The notes under the pieces were generated by a model, which made no database searches, had not been told where the DNA came from, and saw only the letters and a program-made list of their open reading frames with translations. From Panacagrimonas sp. (GTDB lineage: Bacteria; Pseudomonadota; Gammaproteobacteria; Nevskiales; Nevskiaceae), in assembly GCA_041635265.1 (NCBI GenBank), contig JBFJJV010000001.1:1318-65317 (forward strand): a DNA stretch of 64,000 nt. The letters are read 5' to 3'. Shown here piece by piece: positions 9,615 to 19,426 of the stretch. Each line of letters opens with the position of its first letter. The first letter of the stretch is position 1. A program made the position numbers and the translations under genes.

Positions 9615-10970
9615 TCAGATGGCGTTCTGCAGCGACTTGAGAAGCCGTTGATGTATGCCGCCAAAGTCACCATTGCTCATGATGACCACGTGGTCGCCGG
9701 CTTGCGCCTGCGCGCTTACTTCCGCGATGAGTGCATCATGATCCTGGGCAACACTGAGCTTGCTGCCCAAGCTCTGCAGGGCCGCGTGTACGTCCCAGTC
9801 CAGGTCGGGCCGCACAAACACGAAACAGCGGTGTGCACCCGACAGGGCCCGTGCCAGGTCGGCGGCTTGGGTGCCCATGCGCATGGTATTCGAGCGCGGT
9901 TCCAGTACCGCTAATACACGGCCACTGCCTTCGCACAAAAGCGTCTGCACGGTGGCAAGTACAGCGCTCGGGTGATGGGCAAAATCGTCATAGACCGTGA
10001 TGCCACGCGCTTGTCCCACAATCTCCAGTCGCCGCCTGACACTTTGAAAACTGCTCAGCGCCTTGACACATTGCTCAATGCTGATGCCGATGTCTGTAGC
10101 AGCTGCAAAAGCAGCAAGGCTGTTGGCGTGGTTATGCGCACCCCGCAGCGGCGACGAAATGGTGCCCAGGGACTGGCCCGCGATGAGCAACTCAAATCCG
10201 CCCTGCGCCGGTCTCGCTTGCAGGCCGCTCTGATGCGCGAAACGAACAACGCGGCTCCACGCGCCCTTTTTCAGGACACGCGAAAGATTGGCGTCCTCGC
10301 CGTTGACGATCAAGGCGCCGCTACCGGGAACGGTGCGAATCAGGTGATGAAACTGACGCTCAATACTAGCCAGATCATCAAAAATATCCGCATGATCAAA
10401 CTCCAGATTGTTCAACACGCAGGTGCGCGGACGGTAATGCACAAATTTGGAGCGTTTGTCGAAAAATGCGGTGTCGTACTCATCCGCCTCAATGACAAAA
10501 TATTTTCCCCCACCGACGCGCGCAGAAACTCCGAAGTTCAGCGGCACGCCGCCAATCAGAAAGCCCGGTTCCAACCCCGACTGATCCAGCAACCATGCCA
10601 ATAGCGCGCTGGTCGTGGTTTTCCCGTGGGTGCCGGCAACAGCCAGAACGTGTTTGCCGAGCAAGACGTTCTCGGCCAGCCATTGTGGTCCGGAGACATA
10701 GGACAGTCCCTGTTCCAGCACATACTCCATGGCCGGGAATCGCGCACCGCGCGTGACCACATTGCCAACTACGATGACATCCGGCGCAGGCTGAAGATGG
10801 GAGACCTCGTAGCCCTGCATCACTTCAATGCCTAATGCCGCAAGTTGCGTGGACATGGGCGGCCAGGCATTGGCGTCTGATCCGGTAACGCGGTGGCCTG
10901 CCTCTCGTGCCAACGCCGCAACACCGGCCATGAACGTGCCGCAGATGCCAAGAATATGAAGGTGGGCCAT
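9615..10970 (-). CDS. mpl: UDP-N-acetylmuramate:L-Ala-D-Glu-meso-DAP ligase
   Basis: The N-terminus HILGICGTFMAGVAALAREAGHRVTGSDANAWPPMSTQL is almost identical in pattern to E. coli Mpl. 451 aa. Confidence 0.92.
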   Translation of the reverse strand: MAHLHILGICGTFMAGVAALAREAGHRVTGSDANAWPPMSTQLAALGIEVMQGYEVSHLQPAPDVIVVGNVVTRGARFPAMEYVLEQGLSYVSGPQWLAENVLLGKHVLAVAGTHGKTTTSALLAWLLDQSGLEPGFLIGGVPLNFGVSARVGGGKYFVIEADEYDTAFFDKRSKFVHYRPRTCVLNNLEFDHADIFDDLASIERQFHHLIRTVPGSGALIVNGEDANLSRVLKKGAWSRVVRFAHQSGLQARPAQGGFELLIAGQSLGTISSPLRGAHNHANSLAAFAAATDIGISIEQCVKALSSFQSVRRRLEIVGQARGITVYDDFAHHPSAVLATVQTLLCEGSGRVLAVLEPRSNTMRMGTQAADLARALSGAHRCFVFVRPDLDWDVHAALQSLGSKLSVAQDHDALIAEVSAQAQAGDHVVIMSNGDFGGIHQRLLKSLQNAI

Positions 10971-10985
10971 ATCTCAGAAACAGAA

Positions 10986-11609
10986 TCAGCCCAGATTGGG
11001 CGGAAACAGGATGCCCAGAAAGACACCAAAAACCAGCAGCAAGCCCAGAATGGTCATGGTCATCAGCATGGCGACCAGCAGGCTGGCGGCATAACCCATC
11101 TCACCGGACTGGCGAAAGATATTGGCATTGACCACAAAGGCCCAGATATTGACCAGATTCATGCTGGCGGCCGCCCAGAAAGGAATCACTAAGGTCTCGC
11201 CGCGCTCTACCGCCTCAGGATCCAGTGCAATCCGCCGCATTTCCGGACCAATCTCGGCGAAGGGATACCAGATCAACAAGGTGCTCAGAGCGCTGACGAC
11301 CAGCAGCGAATGATAGGTCTGGATAAATCGTTCATTCTTGCCACGAAATTTGAGCAGCATTCGAGCGGCATAGGCGGTGCCGATGACGATCGCCAGCGAG
11401 GCTCCCCCGGCCATAAACGCGGGTAGTGCCTGGGCCAGCACCCAGAAATTGACCAGAACGGTCAGCGGCACCAGCACGCCGGTCAGCGGCGGGTGATAGG
11501 GAAAATCCTGCGGGCCACCGCGAAAGAACATCAAATTCAGGGTAGCGTTGAGAACAGACTGAAACATCTTCGTCGTAAAGTCGGTCGAACCGCTATTGTA
11601 GAGCCTCAT
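10986..11609 (-). CDS. inner-membrane protein of unknown function (about 5 TM helices)
   Basis: Hydrophobic segments run throughout. Start set at Met 11609, because the longer ORF (to 11717) would overlap the divergent rnd start. Confidence 0.6.
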   Translation of the reverse strand: MRLYNSGSTDFTTKMFQSVLNATLNLMFFRGGPQDFPYHPPLTGVLVPLTVLVNFWVLAQALPAFMAGGASLAIVIGTAYAARMLLKFRGKNERFIQTYHSLLVVSALSTLLIWYPFAEIGPEMRRIALDPEAVERGETLVIPFWAAASMNLVNIWAFVVNANIFRQSGEMGYAASLLVAMLMTMTILGLLLVFGVFLGILFPPNLG

Positions 11610-11637
11610 TGCCGCCACGCCTCGCAACTTTACTCTC

Positions 11638-12732
11638 GTGACCCCTATATTTATTGATTCAGCCGAACAGCTGGCTACGCATCTGGCACGCTGGGACAGC
11701 GCCGAATTTCTTGCCATCGATACCGAATTTGTTCGGGAACAGACCTATTACCCAATTCTTTGCCTGATTCAGATCAGCGACGGTGGCGATAATGTTTGCA
11801 TCGATCCCCTCGCCATCAGCAACCTTGAGCCGCTATTTGAGTTCCTGCGGCAAAGCAGCGCCATCAAGGTTTTTCACGCGGCGAGTCAGGACCTGGAGAT
11901 TTTTGTACGTCTGGCCGGAGCCTGCCCACAGCCTCTGTTCGACACCCAGATCGCGGCGGCGATGCTGGGATACGGTGATCAGCTGGGTTATGCGGGCCTG
12001 GTCAGCAAGATGATGGATGTTCAACTCGACAAGAGTCTGTCCCGCACGAATTGGGCGCGGCGACCGCTGAGTGATAAGGAATTGGCCTACGCAGCAGACG
12101 ATGTGCGCTATCTGGCACAGATTTATCCTCGCCTGCGCGATGAACTGCAGGCGAAGGGCCGTCTGGACTGGCACAGCCAGGACTGCATAAACCTCAGCCT
12201 CGCCGAGCGCTACCAGGCTGCGCCCGAATTGGAATGGCGGCGCCTGAAAGGCTTGGCACGCCTCTCCGCCCGGGCGCAGAACGTCGCCGCCGCCATCGCG
12301 GCTTGGCGGGAAACCATGGCAGAACAATGCGACCGTCCGCGCCGCTGGATCATATCCGATGAGGCCCTTTATGCCCTGGCTGAACGCCAGCCCGAGCGGA
12401 TAGAACAGCTGTCCGACCTGCTCGTCCTTCCACCCAAGACCATCGAAAAACACGGAGCCATTCTGATTTCGCTGATTCAGGAAACTCAGTCTCAAGACAA
12501 ACCAGCATTGATCGAAGAAACGCGTGCGGACGAGGCGCGAAAGCAATTATTGAAGCGCACTCTGGACAAAGCCCGCGCCATCGCAAAGGAATTGAACATT
12601 CCACCGTCCCTGCTCGCCCCCCGAGCAGATATCGAGGCGCTGGTCGATAAAGCGGGCGCAGCCGATATCGCCTTACTCAATGGCTGGCGCCGCCAAGTCG
12701 CTGGCAATACTTTGCTCAGCATTCTGCCCTGA
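11638..12732 (+). CDS. rnd: ribonuclease D
   Basis: 364 aa with a GTG start. Has the DEDD exonuclease block LAIDTEF and a YAADDVRYL motif, followed by an HRDC-like C-terminus. Confidence 0.88.
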   Translation: MTPIFIDSAEQLATHLARWDSAEFLAIDTEFVREQTYYPILCLIQISDGGDNVCIDPLAISNLEPLFEFLRQSSAIKVFHAASQDLEIFVRLAGACPQPLFDTQIAAAMLGYGDQLGYAGLVSKMMDVQLDKSLSRTNWARRPLSDKELAYAADDVRYLAQIYPRLRDELQAKGRLDWHSQDCINLSLAERYQAAPELEWRRLKGLARLSARAQNVAAAIAAWRETMAEQCDRPRRWIISDEALYALAERQPERIEQLSDLLVLPPKTIEKHGAILISLIQETQSQDKPALIEETRADEARKQLLKRTLDKARAIAKELNIPPSLLAPRADIEALVDKAGAADIALLNGWRRQVAGNTLLSILP

Positions 12733-12747
12733 ACAGGCGCGCCGAGA

Positions 12748-14565
12748 TTACAGTCGCAGCTTGCCATTCTGGATTCTCGCAAACAGTTCGGCTGTGATGG
12801 GCTCATAGCCGATTTCCGCATCGACCAAGGCATATACGGGCTCCATCAGCTTGTCCGGATCAAAACCTTCCTCGCGTACTTCGACCTTGCGAAATTTGAA
12901 GGTGCCGGTCACTTCCTGCTCCGGCCTCAAGCGAATGAACAAGGGCACGGCGTAGGCAGGTAGATTTGCCTTTAAAAATTCAGCCAGTCCCTTGCCGTCA
13001 AACTCAGCCCCTTTCCACGTCAAAGACGCCATGCCGGCCCGGCCATCGGCATTAGGCACTTCCACTCCGTAAACCACGGCCTGATCCACATTCGGGTACC
13101 CATTGAGCGCGCCCTCGACTTCAGTCGTGGCCACGTTCTCGCCTTTCCAACGAAAGGTGTCACCAACACGGTCAACAAAGGCAATGTGGCGGAAGCCCTG
13201 GTCCCGGACCAGATCGCCACTATTGAACCAGCAATCGCCCGATTTAAATACATCGCGAAAAAGCTTCTTCTGGCTCGCTGCGATGTCGGTATAACCATCA
13301 AACGGCATATTGTCCGTGACCTCGGTGATCAACAAACCAGTGCCGCCCTTTTTTACTTTGCGCATGAATCCATCCGCGTCACGCAGCGGCAATTCGCTCT
13401 CGCGGTCGAAGGCCACGACGGCGAATGGCAGCGGGCAGAAACCCGCCGTCTTGGTTAAACCAAAGCCGTTGACGAAGGCGGCATTTGATTCGCTCGCACC
13501 ATAGAATTCGGCGATGCGATCAATGCCAAATCGTGCCTGAAACTGATCCCAGATTTCTGGCCGCAGTCCGTTGCCGCAGATGACGCGAACACGGTGATCC
13601 TTGTCACGCGGATCTTCCGGTCGATTCAAGAGGTAGCGGCAAACCTCGCCGATATAGCAAAAACCCGTCGCCTGATAGCGGCGAATATCCTCCCAAAAAT
13701 TCGACGCACTGAACTTGCGGCCCAGAGCCAGGGTACAACCTGCGCCCAGTGCAGCGCCCCAGGAAACGGTCAAGGCGTTGTTGTGATAAAGCGGCAAAGC
13801 GCAGTAGAAAACGTCATCACCCTTAAGCCTGAGGGCCATCTGACCCAGACCGGCCATACCTTTGAGCCAGCGGTAGTGACTCATGACCGAAGCTTTGGGC
13901 AGCCCGGTGGTTCCCGAAGTAAAAATGTAGAAAGCGGCGCGCTTGGCCGCAATGGCGGCGGTTTCCTCCAGAGAATGCGACGGCGCGTTATGCAGTTCGG
14001 TTCGCAAATTGACATAGGAAAACGGTGCGCCACCAGTGCCGTCCCACAGAAATTGCATGCCGCTCCCGAGCTTGCCCTTGGGGGTGTAGTGGGTCGTCTC
14101 GAGTGCACCCAGACATTCATTTCCGACAATCACGTGGCGAGCTGCGGTGAGCTTGATGCTGTGAGCAAGCACATCGCCGCTTTGATTGTGATTGAGCATG
14201 CCGGCAATAGCGCCTAGCTTGACCACGCCGGCGACGTAAGCGAGTGTCTCCGGGCGGTTCTCCATCAGGATGGCGACGGAGTCACCCGATACCACGCCAG
14301 CGGCGCGCAAGACGTGGGCGACGCGATTGGCCCAGCTGTTGAATTCCGCATAGGTCCAGCGGCGGTCTTCGAAAACCAGCGCAGTCCGACGCGGATGTTT
14401 GCGCGTTAATCGATCCAGTCTCAGACCAATCGAGTCCAGACTGTCTGGCGACAATCGTGCCAGTGCAATCAGACCACGATTCGCGCTGACCATCCCCGGC
14501 AGCGTCTTTATCAGGCCTTTTGCCAGATCGGTGAAGCGGATGGTTTCGCCTGCAGCTTCGGTCAT
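12748..14565 (-). CDS. long-chain acyl-CoA synthetase / fatty-acid transport protein (FATP-like)
   Basis: 605 aa with the AMP-binding signature YIFTSGTTGLPKA and the later block GDLVRDQGFRHIAFVDRVGDTFRWKGENV, typical of the FATP/FadD6 clade. Confidence 0.88.
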   Translation of the reverse strand: MTEAAGETIRFTDLAKGLIKTLPGMVSANRGLIALARLSPDSLDSIGLRLDRLTRKHPRRTALVFEDRRWTYAEFNSWANRVAHVLRAAGVVSGDSVAILMENRPETLAYVAGVVKLGAIAGMLNHNQSGDVLAHSIKLTAARHVIVGNECLGALETTHYTPKGKLGSGMQFLWDGTGGAPFSYVNLRTELHNAPSHSLEETAAIAAKRAAFYIFTSGTTGLPKASVMSHYRWLKGMAGLGQMALRLKGDDVFYCALPLYHNNALTVSWGAALGAGCTLALGRKFSASNFWEDIRRYQATGFCYIGEVCRYLLNRPEDPRDKDHRVRVICGNGLRPEIWDQFQARFGIDRIAEFYGASESNAAFVNGFGLTKTAGFCPLPFAVVAFDRESELPLRDADGFMRKVKKGGTGLLITEVTDNMPFDGYTDIAASQKKLFRDVFKSGDCWFNSGDLVRDQGFRHIAFVDRVGDTFRWKGENVATTEVEGALNGYPNVDQAVVYGVEVPNADGRAGMASLTWKGAEFDGKGLAEFLKANLPAYAVPLFIRLRPEQEVTGTFKFRKVEVREEGFDPDKLMEPVYALVDAEIGYEPITAELFARIQNGKLRL

Positions 14566-14637
14566 AACGTTAGTGAATTAAGTCCCTGCGAGATAAGAGT
14601 TTCCTCAGTGTGGTCTCAAACATGCCCTGCGCCCCGA

Positions 14638-15981
14638 TCAGGTCGTCACTGTATCCGCATTAAACGATGGTTCGCTCGCTAGGCTCAACCAATCAGAAAT
14701 TCGAGCATAGACGTCTGGATGGTTAAGCAATTGCATGTGGTGCAGCGCACTGCGCAAAACCGTGTCCGCCCCCGCCACGTCCGAGGCAAGGCTACTGGGC
14801 ACGCGCACCAATCCGTCTCCAAGCAAGCGTGCAAGCAGATGCTGGGGGTCAGATGCAAGGCAAGTGCCCAAAAAGCGGTAGTGCACACCCGGTAGCGGCG
14901 CGTACTGCAGTCGGTCGTCCGTCCACAGTTCATCAGGATCGCGCTGCTTCCATTCACGATCCCGCGTATAACCCCAGCGCAAATCCTTGATGCCCAGACT
15001 GCGTGCGTCGAGCAGTCGCGCCAGCGGCGCTAGCAACGGCAGTCGATGCATCCCCTGACTCGCCAGATGGACAAACTGCTCCAGAGGCGCACCCAGATGA
15101 GGCGTCCCCAGGCAGATGATCTGACGCAAAACAGACAACCAGTTCGCACCCCGTGATGCAGCAATCTCAGCAGCCGAGCGCGCCAGTAAGCCGCCCATGC
15201 TGTGTCCAATCAAAACGATCTCTTCTGCCTGCATCGGCCAGTTCTGATAAAGGGCAGTGAGCGTTCGCGAACAGTGGCGCCCGTTGAGGGAAACGTGCAG
15301 TCCGCTGTTATATCGAATGAACACTGGCGTGTAGCCAAGGTCACGCGCCAGCCGTACGCCGTAGCCATCAGTGTCGGCATTGGCCGGATCACGGAACAGC
15401 TTCCAGACGGTTTCGCTTCCACATAGGCCATGCAGAAAAACCGCAATACGCGGCGTCGCCTGCGGAAATGCATCAGCCAGTCCATCGCGAGTAAGACGTA
15501 GCCGCTGTCCATGCTGGTAGACACCGTAACGCACCCTGAGCGGATTTCTTCGTCGCGCCATGCGATCGCCAACGAAACCACTGAGAATAGAACTTGCAAG
15601 GTCCAGCCGCGGACGCGTTGAGGTGGCGCTGCTCCGCGTCAAGGCAGATTCTGGGCGCAACTCAAGGGATTCGATTGCCTCGAGTCGGCGCAGTGTCGTC
15701 CCGCCGACAGAAAATAGGCCGCGCGCGCCCCGGCGCAGGAGTTTGTAGACGCTGTCCGTGATGCCATCGTGAACAAGCCGCACCGGCGTGCAGCCCAGAT
15801 TGAGGCCCGGAATCGCGCCGAGGAGGTTGAAGGGAATATCTGAGATAGCGCGATGAAATTCATGCACTCGCGCACTCAAGTGATCGACGAGGTCGGCGGC
15901 CAGCATGACCGACCCGCGCATTTCCCGCCCTGAAATTGATGCCTGTTGAGCGCCCGGTTCCATATTCGGATGCTGGGCCAA
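14638..15981 (-). CDS. alpha/beta hydrolase (PGAP1/lipase-like) with an N-terminal domain of about 180 aa of unknown function
   Basis: Nucleophile elbow LIGHSMGG and an oxyanion region VFLHGL. The start is uncertain: TTG at 15981 or ATG at 15963. Confidence 0.75.
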   Translation of the reverse strand: MAQHPNMEPGAQQASISGREMRGSVMLAADLVDHLSARVHEFHRAISDIPFNLLGAIPGLNLGCTPVRLVHDGITDSVYKLLRRGARGLFSVGGTTLRRLEAIESLELRPESALTRSSATSTRPRLDLASSILSGFVGDRMARRRNPLRVRYGVYQHGQRLRLTRDGLADAFPQATPRIAVFLHGLCGSETVWKLFRDPANADTDGYGVRLARDLGYTPVFIRYNSGLHVSLNGRHCSRTLTALYQNWPMQAEEIVLIGHSMGGLLARSAAEIAASRGANWLSVLRQIICLGTPHLGAPLEQFVHLASQGMHRLPLLAPLARLLDARSLGIKDLRWGYTRDREWKQRDPDELWTDDRLQYAPLPGVHYRFLGTCLASDPQHLLARLLGDGLVRVPSSLASDVAGADTVLRSALHHMQLLNHPDVYARISDWLSLASEPSFNADTVTT

Positions 15982-16053
15982 AGGGCTAACTCAGGCCAGT
16001 GCTGAAGAGACACTGGGGTGGTGCCGAGCGGCCTTAATCTCCCTCAAATAACC

Positions 16054-19000
16054 TCAGGCCGCCCGCGTGCGTGGTCTGTTGAGTTCTCTGGACAGCGAAT
16101 CGGCATCGACGGGATCACCAAAGGCACTGCCGGTACCCAGCCGCACGCCCTGCTCAACCAGCCATTGCTGGGCGGACTCATCGGGAATACCCTGAGCCAG
16201 AGTCGGAATGTCCAGCCCCTTGGCCGCGAGTATGGCCAGTCGCAGCAACTCGGTGGTCTGCTTGTCATGGATAGCCTGCGCCACTTCCTGAGGCTGCAGG
16301 AGGATCAGGTCGAGTGTTTTGCCGTCAGCCGCATCCAGTGCCTTGAAGATTTCCTTGGCACCATCACGCAGCGCGATGCGTACCCCACGATCACGCAAAC
16401 GCCTCAGGCGGGCTGCCGATGCCTGCCTAACTTCATCGAAACCGCCGCCTTCGACGGCAAATACCAGCCTGCGTGGCGGCACTTTGTGCCGATCCATCAA
16501 TTCGAAGACCTGCTCATAAAACTCTGGATCCCGAAACTGCCAGCCTGAGACATTGATCACCACCGGTACCGGTGGCAGGTCAAGGTCGGATTCGCTCGGC
16601 GGAGGCAGCACGGTGCAAGCCCGATAAATCATCCATAATTCGAGGTCTGCCACCAGTCCGGCCCGGCCTGCAGAGCGCTGCAACTCACTGGCCCCGATCC
16701 GGCCATGGCGCAGGTGTTGCCAGCAGAAGTCGAGCAAGATGGCACTGACACGCCCCGCTGCCGGACCCGGTGTCAGCTCAACGGCCATTTCCGCAGAGAC
16801 GTCCAGTTGCTGCAGGGCGATCGCGGCGCCCAGGCCGCGCTCCAGTTCCAATTGACGTCGCTTGTCTGGCGACATTTCTATGCTGTACAGGTGGTAACGG
16901 CCTGAGCCCGCCTGCTTGGCCTGAGACCTGGCAGCATCGGCATGACGCAAAAGCCCCTCTGCGTCGGAATCATCGAGCGGAAACAGAGACAGACCCACAC
17001 TGGGCGTGATCTGGAGCTTGTGAATGTCTATTTCAAAACGTAGCGCAAAGGCTTCAAGAATCTTTCTGGCCAGGGCCTCACCATCTTCCACGCTGCGAAG
17101 TCCTTGAGCGACGATGGCAAACTGGTCGGGGCCGATCCGCGCGACGGTATCGGTATCACGCAACAGCGCATCCAGCCTCGCGGCCGCGATCTTGAGCACC
17201 TCATCGCCGATTTCCCGACCGTGGTTTTCATTGATGTGCTTGAAGCGGTCAATGTCCACACAATAAATACCCAACAACCTGCTGCTGCGACTGGCCGTAA
17301 TCACCGCCTGCCCCATTCGGTCCAGCAGCGTTGCCCGATTGGGCAAGCCGGTGAGCAGGTCATGGTGGGCCAAATGCCGCAAGCTATCTTCCTGGGATTG
17401 CCGCTCGGTGATGTCGGCCGCAATCGCCAGAAACATTGGCGGCTCCTCTTCGCCGGAAAAACTGAGGCGCACTTCCACCGGATACTCGCTGCCATCTTCC
17501 CTGACATGACGGCAGCGATAGCTGACGTGTTCGATCTCGCCGCTGCGCAGGCGATCCAGATAGCTGTGAAACTGGTCCTCGTCGAGTTCGCGGCTGATGG
17601 TCAGCGGCGTCAATCGATTGATCTTCTCGCTCTCCAGCCCAAGATTACGTCGCGCGCCACGATTGGCTTCGACGAAAAACAAAGATGCTGCATCAAAGAT
17701 ATAGACCTCGTCGGCCGCTGAATCCAGCAAGCGGCCCAATCGTTGCGAGAGATTGTCACTGCGCTGGCGTTCGGTGATGTCGCGCGTAATCACGACCAGT
17801 CCTTCGGTGCCGTCCACACTCATGGGCTGCACCACCAGCTCCAGAGGAAACGTCGTTGCATCCTTGCGCCAGCCGGCAACTTTGGGCAAGCGACTCTGGT
17901 AGCGACCGCCGATGTAATCCTGCAGCCGCGCTTTCGGCTCGTTGAGGAATGGCACGGGCATCATCTTGGTGACGTTCAGGCCGGTCAGTTGTTCGCGCGG
18001 ATAGCCAAACATGCGCGCTGCGCGCACGTTGGCAAAACGAATGACACCTGAGGTATCAGTAGTAAACACGCCTTCGACCAGGTGATCAATCACGCCAATG
18101 GACAGTCGCGCCTGCCGCCGCAGATGGTCGATCAGGTTCAGCCGTTCATCGATCACGTGGAAGACCATTGCCGCGCCATTGGCCTGCTTCTCGCTGCCAT
18201 CCCGAAGCAGTGCGGCCATGACCTCCACCGCGTGCACGCTGGCATCCCGCGAGCGCACCCATAGTTCGGCAGGCTCGTACTCATGTCCGCTGCGCAAGCA
18301 GGTCTCGGCAGGCGTCACCAGAGGGGATTGCTGCTCGTCCAGAGGGTGAAAAACCGAATACACCAGCCGCCCTTTGGCATCCTCGGCCGACCAGCCGGTG
18401 ATTCTGGCGGCAGTCTGATTCATGAAACGAATACGGGCATCCCGATCGACCACGATCAGCGCCCGCTTCAGCGTGTCCAGAGCATGAATGCCATGGTCAC
18501 TGAGCGCGGTTGCGATCTCCTCGGCCTCGATATCTGCGCTTCTGCGCTTTCGGGGTGGCATTTCCTGCTGACTTCGACTCAGGATCGCCGGATCAGGTTC
18601 GCGCGGCTTGCGTGTCAGCATGTAAGCCATCACGCCCAGTGCCAGAAAGCCGACGAGCAGTCCGATCCATGCCAGCAAGCGCAGTTCCTCCAGTGCGCGT
18701 TCTCTGACGTCGCGTGCATAGGCTGGCGCCAAGGCAAAATCCACCTCGCCGACCGTCTGGCCATTTTGCTGCAGCGAAAAACGACCGCGATCGCTGGTGA
18801 TTTCATACAACCAGCTACGCAGACGCTGCTTTGCCAGCGTGCTGATCAGTGGAATTGCCAGGGATTCAAAACGCCCGTCCACGGCCAGAATGTTGCCACC
18901 TGAATCAGAAACCGCGAGATAAGTCAGGCCAAGACCCGAATTTCGAACCAGATCGCGAACCCGATCACGCAATAGATTGCCGCCACCGAGCGCCACCAAG

Positions 19001-19176
19001 GGGGCGAGTTCGACACTGGCATTGTGCAGCGCATGACCGCGATTCAATTCGTGCTGGAGATCGCCGCCCTTGAACATGGCCCGTGCCGAGATCACGGCCA
19101 GAATCAGCGCAGCCAGCAACCCCGCGATAGCGACGAGTGATTTTGGTTTGATTTTCTTCGGCAATTCCAGCTGCAC
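16054..19176 (-). CDS. membrane sensor protein: periplasmic domain, three PAS domains, degenerate GGDEF, degenerate EAL
   Basis: Start set at GTG 19176, with GGAG 9 nt upstream. The longer ORF to 19518 would run over the tadG-like start. Two TM helices flank a loop of about 150 aa. The GGDEF position reads GPDQF (17119-17133) with RDTD (17149-17160) five residues upstream. The EAL position reads AIL (16735-16743). Confidence 0.85.
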   Translation of the reverse strand: MQLELPKKIKPKSLVAIAGLLAALILAVISARAMFKGGDLQHELNRGHALHNASVELAPLVALGGGNLLRDRVRDLVRNSGLGLTYLAVSDSGGNILAVDGRFESLAIPLISTLAKQRLRSWLYEITSDRGRFSLQQNGQTVGEVDFALAPAYARDVRERALEELRLLAWIGLLVGFLALGVMAYMLTRKPREPDPAILSRSQQEMPPRKRRSADIEAEEIATALSDHGIHALDTLKRALIVVDRDARIRFMNQTAARITGWSAEDAKGRLVYSVFHPLDEQQSPLVTPAETCLRSGHEYEPAELWVRSRDASVHAVEVMAALLRDGSEKQANGAAMVFHVIDERLNLIDHLRRQARLSIGVIDHLVEGVFTTDTSGVIRFANVRAARMFGYPREQLTGLNVTKMMPVPFLNEPKARLQDYIGGRYQSRLPKVAGWRKDATTFPLELVVQPMSVDGTEGLVVITRDITERQRSDNLSQRLGRLLDSAADEVYIFDAASLFFVEANRGARRNLGLESEKINRLTPLTISRELDEDQFHSYLDRLRSGEIEHVSYRCRHVREDGSEYPVEVRLSFSGEEEPPMFLAIAADITERQSQEDSLRHLAHHDLLTGLPNRATLLDRMGQAVITASRSSRLLGIYCVDIDRFKHINENHGREIGDEVLKIAAARLDALLRDTDTVARIGPDQFAIVAQGLRSVEDGEALARKILEAFALRFEIDIHKLQITPSVGLSLFPLDDSDAEGLLRHADAARSQAKQAGSGRYHLYSIEMSPDKRRQLELERGLGAAIALQQLDVSAEMAVELTPGPAAGRVSAILLDFCWQHLRHGRIGASELQRSAGRAGLVADLELWMIYRACTVLPPPSESDLDLPPVPVVINVSGWQFRDPEFYEQVFELMDRHKVPPRRLVFAVEGGGFDEVRQASAARLRRLRDRGVRIALRDGAKEIFKALDAADGKTLDLILLQPQEVAQAIHDKQTTELLRLAILAAKGLDIPTLAQGIPDESAQQWLVEQGVRLGTGSAFGDPVDADSLSRELNRPRTRAA

Positions 19177-19426
19177 TAATCTGTGCTCCGGACACGTCGG
19201 AAATGACGCGAATACGATGATTTTAGGGAGAGTAATAGCTTCTGTCGCCCCTTTTATGGGCATCGGGGCCCAAAATCGGGTAAATCGTCGAGCTAGTCGA
19301 ATTCCCAACTTAAAAAATAAGCTGATCGTTCGTTCGGTTATCGTGTGCCTTAGCGCGTCCGTCGGAAGTTGCACACCTTGAGCGGACTCAAGCCCACAAT
19401 AGGCCTGCAAATAGCCGGAGCGGCAG

